Positions 9,094 to 20,097 of a DNA stretch of 64,000 bases are shown piece after piece. Within the stretch, counting starts at the first letter, position 1, and every line of letters begins with the position of its first letter. The translations under genes and the position numbers were made by a program. The notes under the pieces were generated by a model. That model had not been told where the DNA came from, searched no databases, and was given only the letters and a program-made list of their open reading frames with translations. The stretch is from the IMG/VR virus record IMGVR_UViG_3300027985_001053; one strand, written 5' to 3'. The DNA comes from a virus (taxonomy: Duplodnaviria; Heunggongvirae; Uroviricota; Caudoviricetes).

Positions 9094-9120
9094 ATATGCT
9101 ATATTTAGTTAGGAGCTGGA

Positions 9121-11379
9121 ATGAAAATAAAAGAAATATACTTTAAAGGGTTTAGAGTATTTAAGGATGAGGTTTTGCTTACTTTCGATTCAGAGTATAT
9201 TCTGTTTCTCGGTGGAAACGGGAATGGTAAGAGTTCGGTTGTAAAGTATATAGATTTAAATCTTTTAAACCATATATCGGAATCAGATCTTTCAAGAGAC
9301 CATTTAATCCATAGGTCTTCTGATAGGTGTGATTCTTATTTAATTTTTGAACATAGAGGTGGATTATTCAAATCTTCGCTTTCTTTAATAAGAGAAGGTA
9401 AGTCTGCCCAGACTTCACGAGAATTGGTAAATCTTTCAACAAATGAATCTTTAGGAACTGAAACTTCTCAAGTAGTCGATATTTTGGCTAAAATGTTTGA
9501 TCCAGTAATATCTCGTCATGCTATTGCTCTTAGGCAAAACAGTAAAGAGATTATTACAAGTAAACCTGCGGATCGTTTTAATATTTTTAAGAAAGTGCTG
9601 GATGTTACTTTTGTAGAAGCGATACAGATCGTAGAGAGAGAAATTAAGAAGTTAAATGAAGAAATATCTTCTATAAGAGGAAAGCTTTTAGCTTATAAAG
9701 AGCGAGATTATTCGCCTTTACCTATACCGGAAACAAATTTATCTGAAAAAGCCTATAACTCTTTAGTTGAAGAAGTGACGCTTCTTCGGGAAAAGAAAAC
9801 GCTTCTTTCTGAAATAAAGAAGTCTTATGATTCTTTAAAAACTGATATTGATACTATTTCTGATAGAATAAGTTTAACTGATGCATCGATTTCCAGAAAA
9901 ACTCGTCTTTTAGATTTTGCGAAGTCTGAGATTCTATCAGAGAGTGCTATTATAGCTTTACCTACGATTGTAGAGATTTCTAATAACGTATTAAATCTGG
10001 AAAAAAGCTTACAAGCTCTTTCTAAAGATACTTATTTAGAAAGAGCTAAAAGCAAACTTGTTTTAGAGAGAAAAGCAATTGAAGATTTACTTCTGGCTAA
10101 TGAGAAGTCTTTGGAATTGTATCCCAGGAAAAGAGCTTTATCAGATAAGACTGATGAGTTTTCTGATAAAATACAGGACTTAAAAGATATTCTATCTAAG
10201 TACCTTTCAGAAATATGTCACTTAGATGAGAGAATAGCTTTTATGAAAAAAGGTGTATGCTCTGAATGTGGTTCGCACATAGATTCGTCCGATCTTCCGA
10301 AGCTTATGTTAGAAAAGGATTTGAAAATATCTGCTAAAATAGATACAGAGAATTTAATCAACATAGAAAAAGATGCTTTGCTAAAGCATAAAGAGGATCT
10401 TGCTAACGAGAGAGCCTATCTTCTTTCTCGTGAAACGCTTCTTAATAAGAATACTTCTTTAAAAGAGTCTTTAGAATCTTTATCTAAGCAGGAAGCAACT
10501 CTACTAGAAGGAGCTTTAGCAGAATTTAATTCAGATAAAGTTCTTCTGGAGTCTAAGATTGAATCTGAAAAATTAGCTCTATCTACGGCTATATCTAATG
10601 CTCAGACCTTATCTGATAATAAGAAAAAAGAGGTAACTAATTTATTAGAAGATATAGCTTCTTTGGAACAGGATAAGACTGCTTATACAGAAGATTTAGA
10701 TAAGAAGAATAGATCTCTTTCTGAGATAAGCCTTCCGGATTTAAGTCAAATAGATATTGACCTTATTAGTAAGGATACCTCAATTACAAAGTATGAAGAA
10801 GAACTGAAGAATAGAGATACTACTATAAGTAATAATGCTCTTTTAGAAGCTCAAGAAAAATCTGATAAAGAGAAAGTACAGACCTTAAATAAAGAGTTAG
10901 ATATTCTTGATGCTAAATTAGCTATGAGGGTTACTGCAAAAAAAGTACTAGAAAAAGATTTACCTTCTTATATAATTTCTGAAACAGTTCAGAATATTAC
11001 TTCATCAATAAACTCTTTTATAGAAGATGTCTATACAAAACCTTTAAATATTAGTTTAAGGCCTACGGCAACTTCTCTAAAAATGGAGGCTGATGGATTA
11101 CCAGTATCTTCTGTTTCTGGGGCAGAAGAGGTAATTACTTGCTTAGGATTTGTAGATGCTATTAGAGAGTTTACGGATTTAGACCAAGATACTATTATCC
11201 TAGATGAATCGGATGCTGCTCTCGATGATGAAAATGCTGTTTCTTTGTTTGAAGCAATTGATAACCTGGATTATGAACAAGTTATTATTGTTACGCATAG
11301 TTCTAGTATGAAAGAGTATTTTTTGAATAGAGGTGCTAAAGGGTATTTATTTAAAGATGGAAATGTGGAGGAAATATGA
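9121..11379 (+). CDS. sbcC: SbcC/Rad50-like SMC ATPase (gp46-like)
   Basis: Walker A GGNGNGKS, long coiled coil with CSEC zinc hook, signature VSGAEE, Walker B ILDESD. Confidence 0.9.
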   Translation: MKIKEIYFKGFRVFKDEVLLTFDSEYILFLGGNGNGKSSVVKYIDLNLLNHISESDLSRDHLIHRSSDRCDSYLIFEHRGGLFKSSLSLIREGKSAQTSRELVNLSTNESLGTETSQVVDILAKMFDPVISRHAIALRQNSKEIITSKPADRFNIFKKVLDVTFVEAIQIVEREIKKLNEEISSIRGKLLAYKERDYSPLPIPETNLSEKAYNSLVEEVTLLREKKTLLSEIKKSYDSLKTDIDTISDRISLTDASISRKTRLLDFAKSEILSESAIIALPTIVEISNNVLNLEKSLQALSKDTYLERAKSKLVLERKAIEDLLLANEKSLELYPRKRALSDKTDEFSDKIQDLKDILSKYLSEICHLDERIAFMKKGVCSECGSHIDSSDLPKLMLEKDLKISAKIDTENLINIEKDALLKHKEDLANERAYLLSRETLLNKNTSLKESLESLSKQEATLLEGALAEFNSDKVLLESKIESEKLALSTAISNAQTLSDNKKKEVTNLLEDIASLEQDKTAYTEDLDKKNRSLSEISLPDLSQIDIDLISKDTSITKYEEELKNRDTTISNNALLEAQEKSDKEKVQTLNKELDILDAKLAMRVTAKKVLEKDLPSYIISETVQNITSSINSFIEDVYTKPLNISLRPTATSLKMEADGLPVSSVSGAEEVITCLGFVDAIREFTDLDQDTIILDESDAALDDENAVSLFEAIDNLDYEQVIIVTHSSSMKEYFLNRGAKGYLFKDGNVEEI

Positions 11380-12341
11380 AATTAGTAAAAATTGGTGATA
11401 TTCACAGTATGTTAAAAGCTACTCATTTTAAATCTACTCAAGCATTTTTTGCTTATTTACTTACTAGTGATTTAAATAATAATCAAACGACCTTATTATT
11501 TTTAGGGGATATAGTTCATTATGCCAATTCTGAGCCGTCTGTAGTAGCTCTTTGGATAAAATTTTGTAATGATTTCTTAGGGGAAATTGTTATTTTAGGT
11601 GGTAATCATGATGACAGTGCTTTAAACAAGCAAAACTTTTTAGATATCTTCGAGGGGTGTCCTAATGTAACTGCTGTTCAAGAACCATGTGAGATGATGT
11701 TTGGGTCTTTGAAAACGTTAATGCTACCTTTTTACAGGCATACGAGATTAAAGCATCTTCCTCCTATGGAAGATTTGTATCCTTCTAAAACAGGGGAATA
11801 TGATTATATCTATTTACACATGGAGACTAAACCTACTTTTTCTAAAGGAATTACTCTTCATGAGGATCTAAAAGGTACTATTCGATCAGGTCATATTCAT
11901 ACAGGCTCTGAGAACGGGTGTTACTTACCTTCTGTGAACCCTACATCTACTACAGAAAAAGATGTTAAAACGTATATAGAAATTGTTGATTGTGAGACAA
12001 AAGATGTTGAAAAACGTTATATTCCTAGGTTTCTAAACTATGTAACTTTTAATTATCTAGATGATATTGTTATTCCTAACGATGGGTTATATTACTTAAT
12101 AGATATTTATCATGCTCCTGGAAGGAAAGATGCTGAAGAATACTATAAAGATGTTTTAGATCAAGAAAATGTTTTTTTGCATAAGGTTTATAAAAAAGAG
12201 TTTATCTTAGACCGTCAGGCTAATTTATTTACTAGTACAAAGGTTCAGCTTAAAACTCATAAAGAGTTCTTACTTGAATTAGCAAGTACTAAAAAGTTTA
12301 ATAATGATTTAACATCTTATCTAGAAAGTTTAATTGCATAA
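11376..12341 (+). CDS. sbcD: SbcD/Mre11-like metallophosphoesterase nuclease (gp47-like)
   Basis: GDIH, LGDI, GNHD, GHIH motifs; adjacent to SbcC. Confidence 0.88.
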   Translation: MKLVKIGDIHSMLKATHFKSTQAFFAYLLTSDLNNNQTTLLFLGDIVHYANSEPSVVALWIKFCNDFLGEIVILGGNHDDSALNKQNFLDIFEGCPNVTAVQEPCEMMFGSLKTLMLPFYRHTRLKHLPPMEDLYPSKTGEYDYIYLHMETKPTFSKGITLHEDLKGTIRSGHIHTGSENGCYLPSVNPTSTTEKDVKTYIEIVDCETKDVEKRYIPRFLNYVTFNYLDDIVIPNDGLYYLIDIYHAPGRKDAEEYYKDVLDQENVFLHKVYKKEFILDRQANLFTSTKVQLKTHKEFLLELASTKKFNNDLTSYLESLIA

Positions 12342-12383
12342 ATAAAAAATCTCGTTTCAGTAACTATAAGATTAGGAGTTATA

Positions 12384-12629
12384 ATGAAACGAGATTACAC
12401 TTACTTTTGCCCTAAGTGCGACAAAATACAAATATTCAAATGGTCCTCAGAAGAGTTCGACCAGAACAAAGATTCTATATCTTGCTCAAAGTGTTCAACA
12501 GCAATGCTAATAGACTTATCTCCTCGCAAAATTAAAGATAACGTTACTATAGGAAATAGGACATGCCTTACTCCAGGATTAAATTATTCAAGAGCTTTTA
12601 ATGGTAGAGATGGTAGGTCTTATTTTTAG
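12384..12629 (+). CDS. Small zinc-ribbon protein (FmdB-like)
   Basis: Y.Y.CPKC ... CSKC. Confidence 0.6.
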   Translation: MKRDYTYFCPKCDKIQIFKWSSEEFDQNKDSISCSKCSTAMLIDLSPRKIKDNVTIGNRTCLTPGLNYSRAFNGRDGRSYF

Positions 12630-13333
12630 TGTACGACCAGTTTAACGATAAAATAACTTTAAGAGTTCTTTTAGGAATGACATATCACGATAAAGAATAC
12701 TCCACAAGGTTTTTTAATGCTGAGAGAGATTGTAAGGTCTTTGCTAAAGATTTAATTATTAAAGAAGTTTCATCATATTCTAGGTATAACGTTCCTATAA
12801 AAACTTATGAGGTTATATCAAAGTCTTACCCTAATTACCCTCCTTATACGAAGAAGCTTGGTGAAACGCAAAATAAGATTCAACATAGTTATCCAGTCAT
12901 GATGTCTTTCTTTTTACCTAAAGGTAGTCCTCAGAGAGTTTCTTTAAACTCTCCTGTTAAAATTAGAACAGGAAGAGGTGGTAAAGTACCTACTCGAACA
13001 AAAAGACTTGATAAGCTTATTAAGTCTAAAGATAATCCAAACGGCAAGTATATTAGTTGGAGCGATTATGTTGCTCAAGAATATGAGATTAACCTTGATT
13101 TTTATTATAGGAATTCATTATTACGTTCTACGAGAAAATGTCTGTTTGGTAAAAATTATGCTACGAAAGAGATTTCCAAGAATAAACCCAAAAAAAAGTC
13201 TAACAGAGATGAGGCTGTTAAAAAAAGACAACGACGAAAGCTATTTCTTACAAAGCATGAGATAGCTGTTATTACACATCTTTTAAATATTGGGTTTTTT
13301 GGTAAAGATAAAACTATTTATACACCTTATTAG
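12629..13333 (+). CDS. Hypothetical basic protein
   Basis: 234-aa ORF, GTG start overlapping upstream stop, Lys/Arg-rich C-terminus. Confidence 0.6.
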   Translation: MYDQFNDKITLRVLLGMTYHDKEYSTRFFNAERDCKVFAKDLIIKEVSSYSRYNVPIKTYEVISKSYPNYPPYTKKLGETQNKIQHSYPVMMSFFLPKGSPQRVSLNSPVKIRTGRGGKVPTRTKRLDKLIKSKDNPNGKYISWSDYVAQEYEINLDFYYRNSLLRSTRKCLFGKNYATKEISKNKPKKKSNRDEAVKKRQRRKLFLTKHEIAVITHLLNIGFFGKDKTIYTPY

Positions 13334-13343
13334 AGGAGATTAA

Positions 13344-13586
13344 ATGTCAGATTTTGATATAATAAAAGAGAGTAGAGTTCATTTAAATGACGAGATCTAC
13401 GGAATTATTAACAAGGATACTATAACTTTTGTTCATGAGGATACTACAACGTATCCTATCCCGTTAACACTTAAATATGAGGTATTGGTCCCAGGTAAAT
13501 TATATGACTACGAAATTACTCAAGAAGACTTAGATTGGTTGAATAATCTTGTAAAAGAACTAGACGTTAATTCCATTTTAATATAG
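13344..13586 (+). CDS. Hypothetical protein
   Basis: GAGGAG RBS. Confidence 0.55.
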   Translation: MSDFDIIKESRVHLNDEIYGIINKDTITFVHEDTTTYPIPLTLKYEVLVPGKLYDYEITQEDLDWLNNLVKELDVNSILI

Positions 13587-13607
13587 CATAATCTCAAAGG
13601 AGATTAT
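13561..13607 (+). promoter_or_regulatory. Sigma70-like promoter with anti-SD hairpin before dnaX-like gene
   Basis: TAGACG-17-TAGCAT; ATAATCTC (13588-95) pairs with GAGATTAT (13600-07); predicted +1 falls in the loop. Confidence 0.6.
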
Positions 13608-14771
13608 ATGAATTTATTAAAAGACTTTTCACCTAAGACTTTCGATGATTTGGTGGGACAGCCCACCGCAGTTAAACTTTTTAAAAAATGGTCTAAAGAT
13701 TTAGAAGAATTACCTAAAACTTTAGCATTGCTTGGAAAAAGTGGAGTAGGTAAAACGTCCTCTATTAAAATATTGGCAGCACTACTTACTTGTAATTCTT
13801 TGGTAGAGAAAGAGGGGTATAGGGAACCCTGTGGGGAATGTCCTGCATGTAAAAATGCTTTTGAAAGACAATGGAATCCGATTAGAAACGTTCATTTCTA
13901 CTCCGGTAAAGCTGAAAATGCTGACCTGATAGAAGAGATTAGAAGCTACTTACCTTATGCTCCGCAAGGAACTCCTTATAGGGTTGTAATTTTAGATGAG
14001 ATTCAAGATGCTACACCAATTTTTAAAAATGCTCTATTAGCTTTATTAGAAGAAGAACATCCTACAACAAAGTTTATTATTTCGTCTATGGATGAGGATG
14101 CTCTTTTATTGACAGGTAAAAATATAAAAAACCCGAAAGCTTTAATGAATAGATGTAGGATTTTAAAGTTTATTCGAGTTAAAGATGTGGATATTACAAA
14201 TCATCTCTATAAGATTTTAGATAAGATTGATCCTAATGAGACTTTCCCCGAGACTCTATGTACTGAAGTTATGCCTCGGATAATTCATAGTGCTGAAGGT
14301 TCTATTAGAGAAGCCATAGAATCGTTGGAAACCTGTATAGATGCAGAAGCTTTTACAGATAATCTAGCGGACCAAGTATTACTAAATGTCTCTGAGAGAG
14401 CTGTTGATGATGTTTTAAAATCACTTTTAAATAAATCTCCTGATGTTTTTTCAAAACTTTCCGAGTTAGATAATTTAGGAGAGCTTTTTAGATTAGCAAA
14501 TGCTAAGATAATAAACGGTTTAGTTAAGTATGTAGAAGGTACCTTAGATGCCGGAGATTTTTATTCTGAAAAATGTAAAGAAGTGTTCAACCATCCTAAC
14601 TATAATACTCTAAGAAGTGCATTTTCAAAAGTTCATTTAGCTATGGGGTCCTATTGGCGAGATGATATTTTTAAGACAATCCTCTGCGATTATATTTTAG
14701 ATCCTACAAATACTCCTGTAGTTGAGAAAGTTTCTCTAGAAGAAAAACCTATAGTTTCAAGGCGTAGATAA
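13608..14771 (+). CDS. dnaX: Clamp-loader ATPase, DNA polymerase III gamma/tau-like
   Basis: P.TFDDLVGQ, GKSGVGKTS, PCGECPAC zinc module, ILDEIQ. Confidence 0.85.
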   Translation: MNLLKDFSPKTFDDLVGQPTAVKLFKKWSKDLEELPKTLALLGKSGVGKTSSIKILAALLTCNSLVEKEGYREPCGECPACKNAFERQWNPIRNVHFYSGKAENADLIEEIRSYLPYAPQGTPYRVVILDEIQDATPIFKNALLALLEEEHPTTKFIISSMDEDALLLTGKNIKNPKALMNRCRILKFIRVKDVDITNHLYKILDKIDPNETFPETLCTEVMPRIIHSAEGSIREAIESLETCIDAEAFTDNLADQVLLNVSERAVDDVLKSLLNKSPDVFSKLSELDNLGELFRLANAKIINGLVKYVEGTLDAGDFYSEKCKEVFNHPNYNTLRSAFSKVHLAMGSYWRDDIFKTILCDYILDPTNTPVVEKVSLEEKPIVSRRR

Positions 14772-15775
14772 TGCTAGAGCTTATAGAGGTTGCAGATTTC
14801 TTACATTTGACAGGAACTCCTGCTGTTTCTAAAGGGGATGACTTTTTAATAGAATGTCCTTGGCATACAGGAAAAACTAAGCTAAGAATTGATAAAAACA
14901 CAGGGATTTGTAACTGCTTCTCTTGTAAAGCTCATGGCAATCTCTGGACGCTTAGTATTAAATTAACTGGTAAAAATCTATATGACCTTCTTGGGATTTC
15001 TCCTGAAAAACGAAAATCTTTATCTTTTGTTGGTACATTAAACAATGTTACTAGGAAAGAGAAAGAGGAGGTTAGAATAGATGATATTATTATCAAAGGT
15101 CAATCCCTTGATATTTTTTCTTCTAGTACTCCTGAGTATGTTAAAACATCTGCCAAAAATCTTTATTTATCAAAAGAGTATTGTGATTACTACGGTGTTA
15201 GATATTCTCTAAATATGGAGGTTAGGGGTGTTAACGTTGCTCCAGAAAAAGCAACCATGTATAGTAATAGATTTTTATGGAGCATTTACTATGGTGATAA
15301 GTTAATAAATATTGATGGACGAACTATTATAGGGGAGGACCCTAAAGTAATTTACTGTAAAGGTGGTAAGCTTGATACTCTTTTCGACATAAATCGTTTG
15401 GATCCTACTAAACCTCTTATTGTTTGCGAGGGGATTAAAGATACTATAAAATTATGGCATTTAGGATATCGAAATATAACTGCTATACTAGGAGCCTCTA
15501 TTACAGAGGGCCAGTTAAGACAGCTTAGGATGTTTAAAGAGATCATATATTTAACAGATAACGATAGAGCTGGTTTAGAAGCTGCTGATTATCTTTACGA
15601 AAACTTGAATATCGAGATGAAGTTAGGATTACCTCCGGAAGGTAAAGATCCTTTCAAATGTTCTTTTGAAGAGAATAAATCTTTGGTAGAAAATGCCATA
15701 GATTATACAGATTATGACTTAAGCGTAATAAAGGACCATTGTAAGAATAAAGCTAATACTCTATGGTTTAAATAG
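14771..15775 (+). CDS. dnaG: DNA primase (CHC2 zinc finger + TOPRIM)
   Basis: CPWH...CFSC, VCEGIKD, TDNDRAG. Confidence 0.88.
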   Translation: MLELIEVADFLHLTGTPAVSKGDDFLIECPWHTGKTKLRIDKNTGICNCFSCKAHGNLWTLSIKLTGKNLYDLLGISPEKRKSLSFVGTLNNVTRKEKEEVRIDDIIIKGQSLDIFSSSTPEYVKTSAKNLYLSKEYCDYYGVRYSLNMEVRGVNVAPEKATMYSNRFLWSIYYGDKLINIDGRTIIGEDPKVIYCKGGKLDTLFDINRLDPTKPLIVCEGIKDTIKLWHLGYRNITAILGASITEGQLRQLRMFKEIIYLTDNDRAGLEAADYLYENLNIEMKLGLPPEGKDPFKCSFEENKSLVENAIDYTDYDLSVIKDHCKNKANTLWFK

Positions 15776-15792
15776 ATTTTAACTATTATGAT

Positions 15793-16200
15793 ATGATATT
15801 ATCTAACGCTACCTATACGGATATCCCTCTAGATGGGAGCTTTACAGCTCAAGGGGATATCGCTTTATTATATAACGGTGATGCCATTTCCAATTCTTTG
15901 CAAGCTTTCCTTACAGGGGCTTATCCTGATCTTTTCGATTTATCTAAAAAAGGTATTCTTAGAAAGTTTGTAAATAAGCCTCTTAATGCTAACACAGCAC
16001 AAGATATACAGGTATCTGTAAAATCTGCAATTGAGGGAGGGTTTACACCTAAATTAGTGGTTCAAACTCTTATAGCTACTCCTGATTATGTGGAGAATGA
16101 GTGGATTATTTCTATAATTGCTTACACTACTGATACATACACACCGGTTACACTAAATCAAAGAATAGTAGCAATCTCAAAAGGAGCTTTTAATGGCTAA
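15793..16200 (+). CDS. Baseplate wedge protein, gp25/GPW-like
   Basis: DI......AI.NSL..FL pattern, size and position before baseplate J. Confidence 0.65.
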   Translation: MILSNATYTDIPLDGSFTAQGDIALLYNGDAISNSLQAFLTGAYPDLFDLSKKGILRKFVNKPLNANTAQDIQVSVKSAIEGGFTPKLVVQTLIATPDYVENEWIISIIAYTTDTYTPVTLNQRIVAISKGAFNG

Positions 16201-17968
16201 TCAAATAGATTTTTCAAAAGAAGCCTCGTTAGCAAGGCTTTTAAATAATCTTCAAGAAGAACCTTTGTTTAAAAAGGTATCAGATAGCTCTGTTGCTGCA
16301 TCTTTTCTAAAGGCGATAGCTAAGGAAAATGAACTTAATGTACAGGGAATAGTAATTGCTGGACAAGAGGCATCTTGGTCTTCTGCATCAAATGTAACCT
16401 CTCTTTTAGCAAAAGCAGAGGTATTATCTTACGTTCCTCATAGAAAAGTAGGTTCTATAGGGAGGCTACTTTTATCTACAGGAGAAAACTTCGATCAAGC
16501 AAATATCTATCCATATCCCATAGATATCCCGTTTGGAACTTTGTTTTCATCCTCAAACTTAAAGTTTACGAATACAGAAAGTTATGTTATTCCAGCTAAT
16601 CATGAGGCTACTAACAGTCCTTTTGAGATTCCTATTGTTCAGGGATATCCTCAAGTAGTCAACTATGTATCTCCGGTAACAGAAGATTATGCGACTATAA
16701 GCATTAAAGGAAACTCTATAGAAGACCGGAATATTTTTGTTACTGTAAATGGGGTTCCATGGACTAAGGTTAATTCTTTAAGAGATTCTATAGCAGAAGC
16801 GGATACGATTTTTACAGTAAGTACTTTACCTAATGAGCTAGGGATTGATATCAATTTTGGTAATGAAGTATATGGTAAACGATTGAATTTAAATGATGAA
16901 GTTCGCATTACTTATCTTATAACGGAAGGTGTTCAAGGAAATATCTTATCATCAGATATAATTACAAATGTAGATGACATTATTTATGATTCACAAGGAA
17001 ATGAAGTTTCCCTGATTTGTACCAACTCTGGGGCTATCACAGGTGGAAAAGATTATGAAGATAAAGAATCTATTAGAAGAAATGCCCCATCTTTTCAACA
17101 AACAAAAAACTCTTTAACAAGTAAACCTGACTATGAGAATTTCCTAAACTCCGAAGAGTTCCCTTATTTAGATAAAGTTGTTGTATGGGGAGCTTCTGAG
17201 ATCAATGAAGATAATAATAACGCTCCTGGAACGTATATTTCTATAGAGGCAAACAATATTTATATTGCTGGAATTTCGTTCACAGGTCAGCAAGCTACGG
17301 AATATGAAACAATATTAAGGACTCTATTGGAACCAAAAAAAGGACCAACAGTTCTTATTAAAATTGTTGAAATAAACGTAATTTATGTAGTATTCCATGT
17401 AGAGGCATTTATTAGAGATGGGTCGTATACTTTAAAAACCGTAAAAGACAACATAACTGCAATATTACAAGACACCTATTCTTTAAAAAAGATGGATTTT
17501 AGAGAGGATATAAATAACTCACAGTTCGTAGCTGCGATAAACTCGGCAAACGGCTTACATCATCATATAACTACTCTTACTTATTTTATAGAAAATACTC
17601 TTAAAGGTCTCACAACTCCAATAGCAATCTATATGGAAAGTTTAACTCCTTTATCTGTTAATCTCTATTTTAAGCATTCCTCCGACTTATCATATAGCTT
17701 AGTTGCTGTAACTTCTACAAGCACACAGTATGTAGAAAATATAGTTGGGGTTGATGACTATACTGGATTAATTTCGGGTAGCATCGATCTTAGATTTGGG
17801 GTAGGTTCTTTTTCAATTTTAGAGGGGAGTTTACCATATTCTTTAGAAGAGTATTCATATAGACTAGACTTTGGTACAGAATCGACAGATGCCTTACTAA
17901 TGAAACGTAATCAAATACTTACTTTTGGCGAAGCTATTATAGACGCTAAATACGATGAGGTGTACTAA
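16193..17968 (+). CDS. Baseplate wedge protein (J/T4 gp6-like)
   Basis: FG....GK.L..N..V.ITYL.T.G..GN and GG.D.E..ESIR..AP..F ...DYE motifs. Confidence 0.85.
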   Translation: MANQIDFSKEASLARLLNNLQEEPLFKKVSDSSVAASFLKAIAKENELNVQGIVIAGQEASWSSASNVTSLLAKAEVLSYVPHRKVGSIGRLLLSTGENFDQANIYPYPIDIPFGTLFSSSNLKFTNTESYVIPANHEATNSPFEIPIVQGYPQVVNYVSPVTEDYATISIKGNSIEDRNIFVTVNGVPWTKVNSLRDSIAEADTIFTVSTLPNELGIDINFGNEVYGKRLNLNDEVRITYLITEGVQGNILSSDIITNVDDIIYDSQGNEVSLICTNSGAITGGKDYEDKESIRRNAPSFQQTKNSLTSKPDYENFLNSEEFPYLDKVVVWGASEINEDNNNAPGTYISIEANNIYIAGISFTGQQATEYETILRTLLEPKKGPTVLIKIVEINVIYVVFHVEAFIRDGSYTLKTVKDNITAILQDTYSLKKMDFREDINNSQFVAAINSANGLHHHITTLTYFIENTLKGLTTPIAIYMESLTPLSVNLYFKHSSDLSYSLVAVTSTSTQYVENIVGVDDYTGLISGSIDLRFGVGSFSILEGSLPYSLEEYSYRLDFGTESTDALLMKRNQILTFGEAIIDAKYDEVY

Positions 17969-20094
17969 TGAGTAGTATAGATTCTTGGCTTGATCCTGAA
18001 ATGCTAACTGATTTTTGGAAGCAATTAGCTTTAGCAATATCGAAGGAAGATAATCTAATAAAGAATTATATCGCTCAGATTTTAAATGCAGTGGATGTTG
18101 AGGCCATGACGGAGAACCAGCTTCGAGAAGAAAATACATTCTTCAATGTTCCTTATTCTAAGAGTATTGTAGACGATAAGAATATTTATGATAGAAATGA
18201 ATTTGTTTTTAACGATATTGATTTTTATGGGTCGTCATCCATACCTTTCTTGGATATTCAAGGGTCTCAAAAAGTATGGTCGATTTCTTCTACTTTAGCA
18301 TCCCCAGCAGAAATAAGATTAGGAACTTTTAACATAACGCAAGCTCCTCAGATTTTAACTTTTGGATTTTGGGTGTATACTGAATCATCTATAGATATCT
18401 CTTATGGTATTCGTATAGCTTCCTCTCTGGGGGTTACAGAACTTTCCTCTACAAGTACTACGAATGCTGGTTGGACAAAGTTAGTATATGTGTCCCCACA
18501 AATTTACGAGTTTACTTACAACATTACGCCTTTTATTAGGAGTGGTTTTACTTTAAATATATCTAAACCTTTTTTATACAGAGATTCTGACTCTACTGAC
18601 TACATAAAATCTTTGGTTTGGGAGAGAGAAGAGACGAAAAATATCAGATTTAAAATGTATGCTCGAAATACGATAGAGTATTACTTATCAATTTTTAAAT
18701 CTATTTTTGAACTAGGTACTTATGGGAGATATACTCTATCGATATTAGATGGGAGAAGTTACTTAGTAAAAGACTATAAATCTCTACATGATTCAATACG
18801 AACTTCAGAAGACTTAGTAAATCAGGTCTGGTTGCATGAATCTACTTTTGATTTTTCTTCAACAGTAACCTCAGGTAATATAAATAAATTGGATTCGGGA
18901 CTGTTCCTAGATAATAATTTACTAATAGATGTTCTACAGAGTATTACTACTACAAAGCATCTTGTTCTTGAATACGGGCTACAAACGTGTAAAGACACGG
19001 AAGAAGGAGCTTTTTTACTACCTACAGGTTATCTTAAGTACTTATCAACACAGGCTGAATTTTCAAAAGATGTTACAGATCAAATGCATTTTGGTTGTCA
19101 GTTTAATCAAGCTTTCGATATAAATATAAATGCTTATTCTTTTAATAATCCTTTAAGAGTTAATAGATTTCAAAAAATATTTTCAGAGAACGATATAGCT
19201 ACTTTAGAAATTGGTTATCTTCCAGTCGAAGTAAGCCTTGAATCTTTTAATGATAACTTTAGCGGATTAAGTGAGTACACTTCTCCGGCATCACCTTTTT
19301 TAATTGATACACCTTTAGCAACAATCCCTTTGAGTGGACCACAAATACAAAATAATGGCGAAGGATGGATAAATGTTCTTTATGAGTATGTTGGTGGCTA
19401 TCGAAATAAAATAACTCCAGAGATTGTAGGGACACCTACTACTTATACCTATGATCTTGTGGATTCATTTGGTTTCGATGTTAAAACTAATTCAATAAAA
19501 GCTACTTTTCAGGTAGGAGGCGTTATTCATACAGTTTATGAGAATGTTTTAGATGATAATATAGGGACACTAGAGAGGATAAATACCTCAGAAGTTGAAC
19601 TTAATTTGAAGAATACTAGAACTAACCACTATTCTGAGGTTATAGATTTAAGCACATCTTCCTTTAACTATAGCTATCCTTCTGAGCTGTCTTCAACATA
19701 TCAACCACTTAGTACTAAGGTTATATATTACGTCGAGGGATCAAGATATGAAGCTTATGAACAAGCTGACCATACTTTATTAGGTCCATACTTAACAGGT
19801 AACTCTCAAGTTCTTTATTCTGAAGGAGTACCTGATTCGCTTTTATTAGACGTAGGAGCTCTGAGTATAACTATATACTCAACAGTTGAAGTATTTTTTT
19901 CATACACTTCTTCTGAGGGTATTGATAATAATTCTCATATAGTTTTTGAGTATTTCGATTCATATCCAAAAGATATTACACAAATTAGCTTAAACGATAT
20001 TGATAGAAATGTCTTAGTATCATGTAATTTTAACCCAATCCAACTAAAATCTTGGGCATATCATTTATCAATTGGACTAGCTTTAAAGGAATAA
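17968..20094 (+). CDS. Baseplate/tail structural protein
   Basis: 708-aa beta-rich ORF between baseplate J and tail fibre. Confidence 0.6.
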   Translation: MSSIDSWLDPEMLTDFWKQLALAISKEDNLIKNYIAQILNAVDVEAMTENQLREENTFFNVPYSKSIVDDKNIYDRNEFVFNDIDFYGSSSIPFLDIQGSQKVWSISSTLASPAEIRLGTFNITQAPQILTFGFWVYTESSIDISYGIRIASSLGVTELSSTSTTNAGWTKLVYVSPQIYEFTYNITPFIRSGFTLNISKPFLYRDSDSTDYIKSLVWEREETKNIRFKMYARNTIEYYLSIFKSIFELGTYGRYTLSILDGRSYLVKDYKSLHDSIRTSEDLVNQVWLHESTFDFSSTVTSGNINKLDSGLFLDNNLLIDVLQSITTTKHLVLEYGLQTCKDTEEGAFLLPTGYLKYLSTQAEFSKDVTDQMHFGCQFNQAFDININAYSFNNPLRVNRFQKIFSENDIATLEIGYLPVEVSLESFNDNFSGLSEYTSPASPFLIDTPLATIPLSGPQIQNNGEGWINVLYEYVGGYRNKITPEIVGTPTTYTYDLVDSFGFDVKTNSIKATFQVGGVIHTVYENVLDDNIGTLERINTSEVELNLKNTRTNHYSEVIDLSTSSFNYSYPSELSSTYQPLSTKVIYYVEGSRYEAYEQADHTLLGPYLTGNSQVLYSEGVPDSLLLDVGALSITIYSTVEVFFSYTSSEGIDNNSHIVFEYFDSYPKDITQISLNDIDRNVLVSCNFNPIQLKSWAYHLSIGLALKE

Positions 20095-20097
20095 TTA

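Noticed and set aside
4560-12373. Short hairpins before the genes at 4592, 9121 and 12384 as members of the anti-SD set
   Set aside because: Stems are 5-7 bp and do not cover the SD core.
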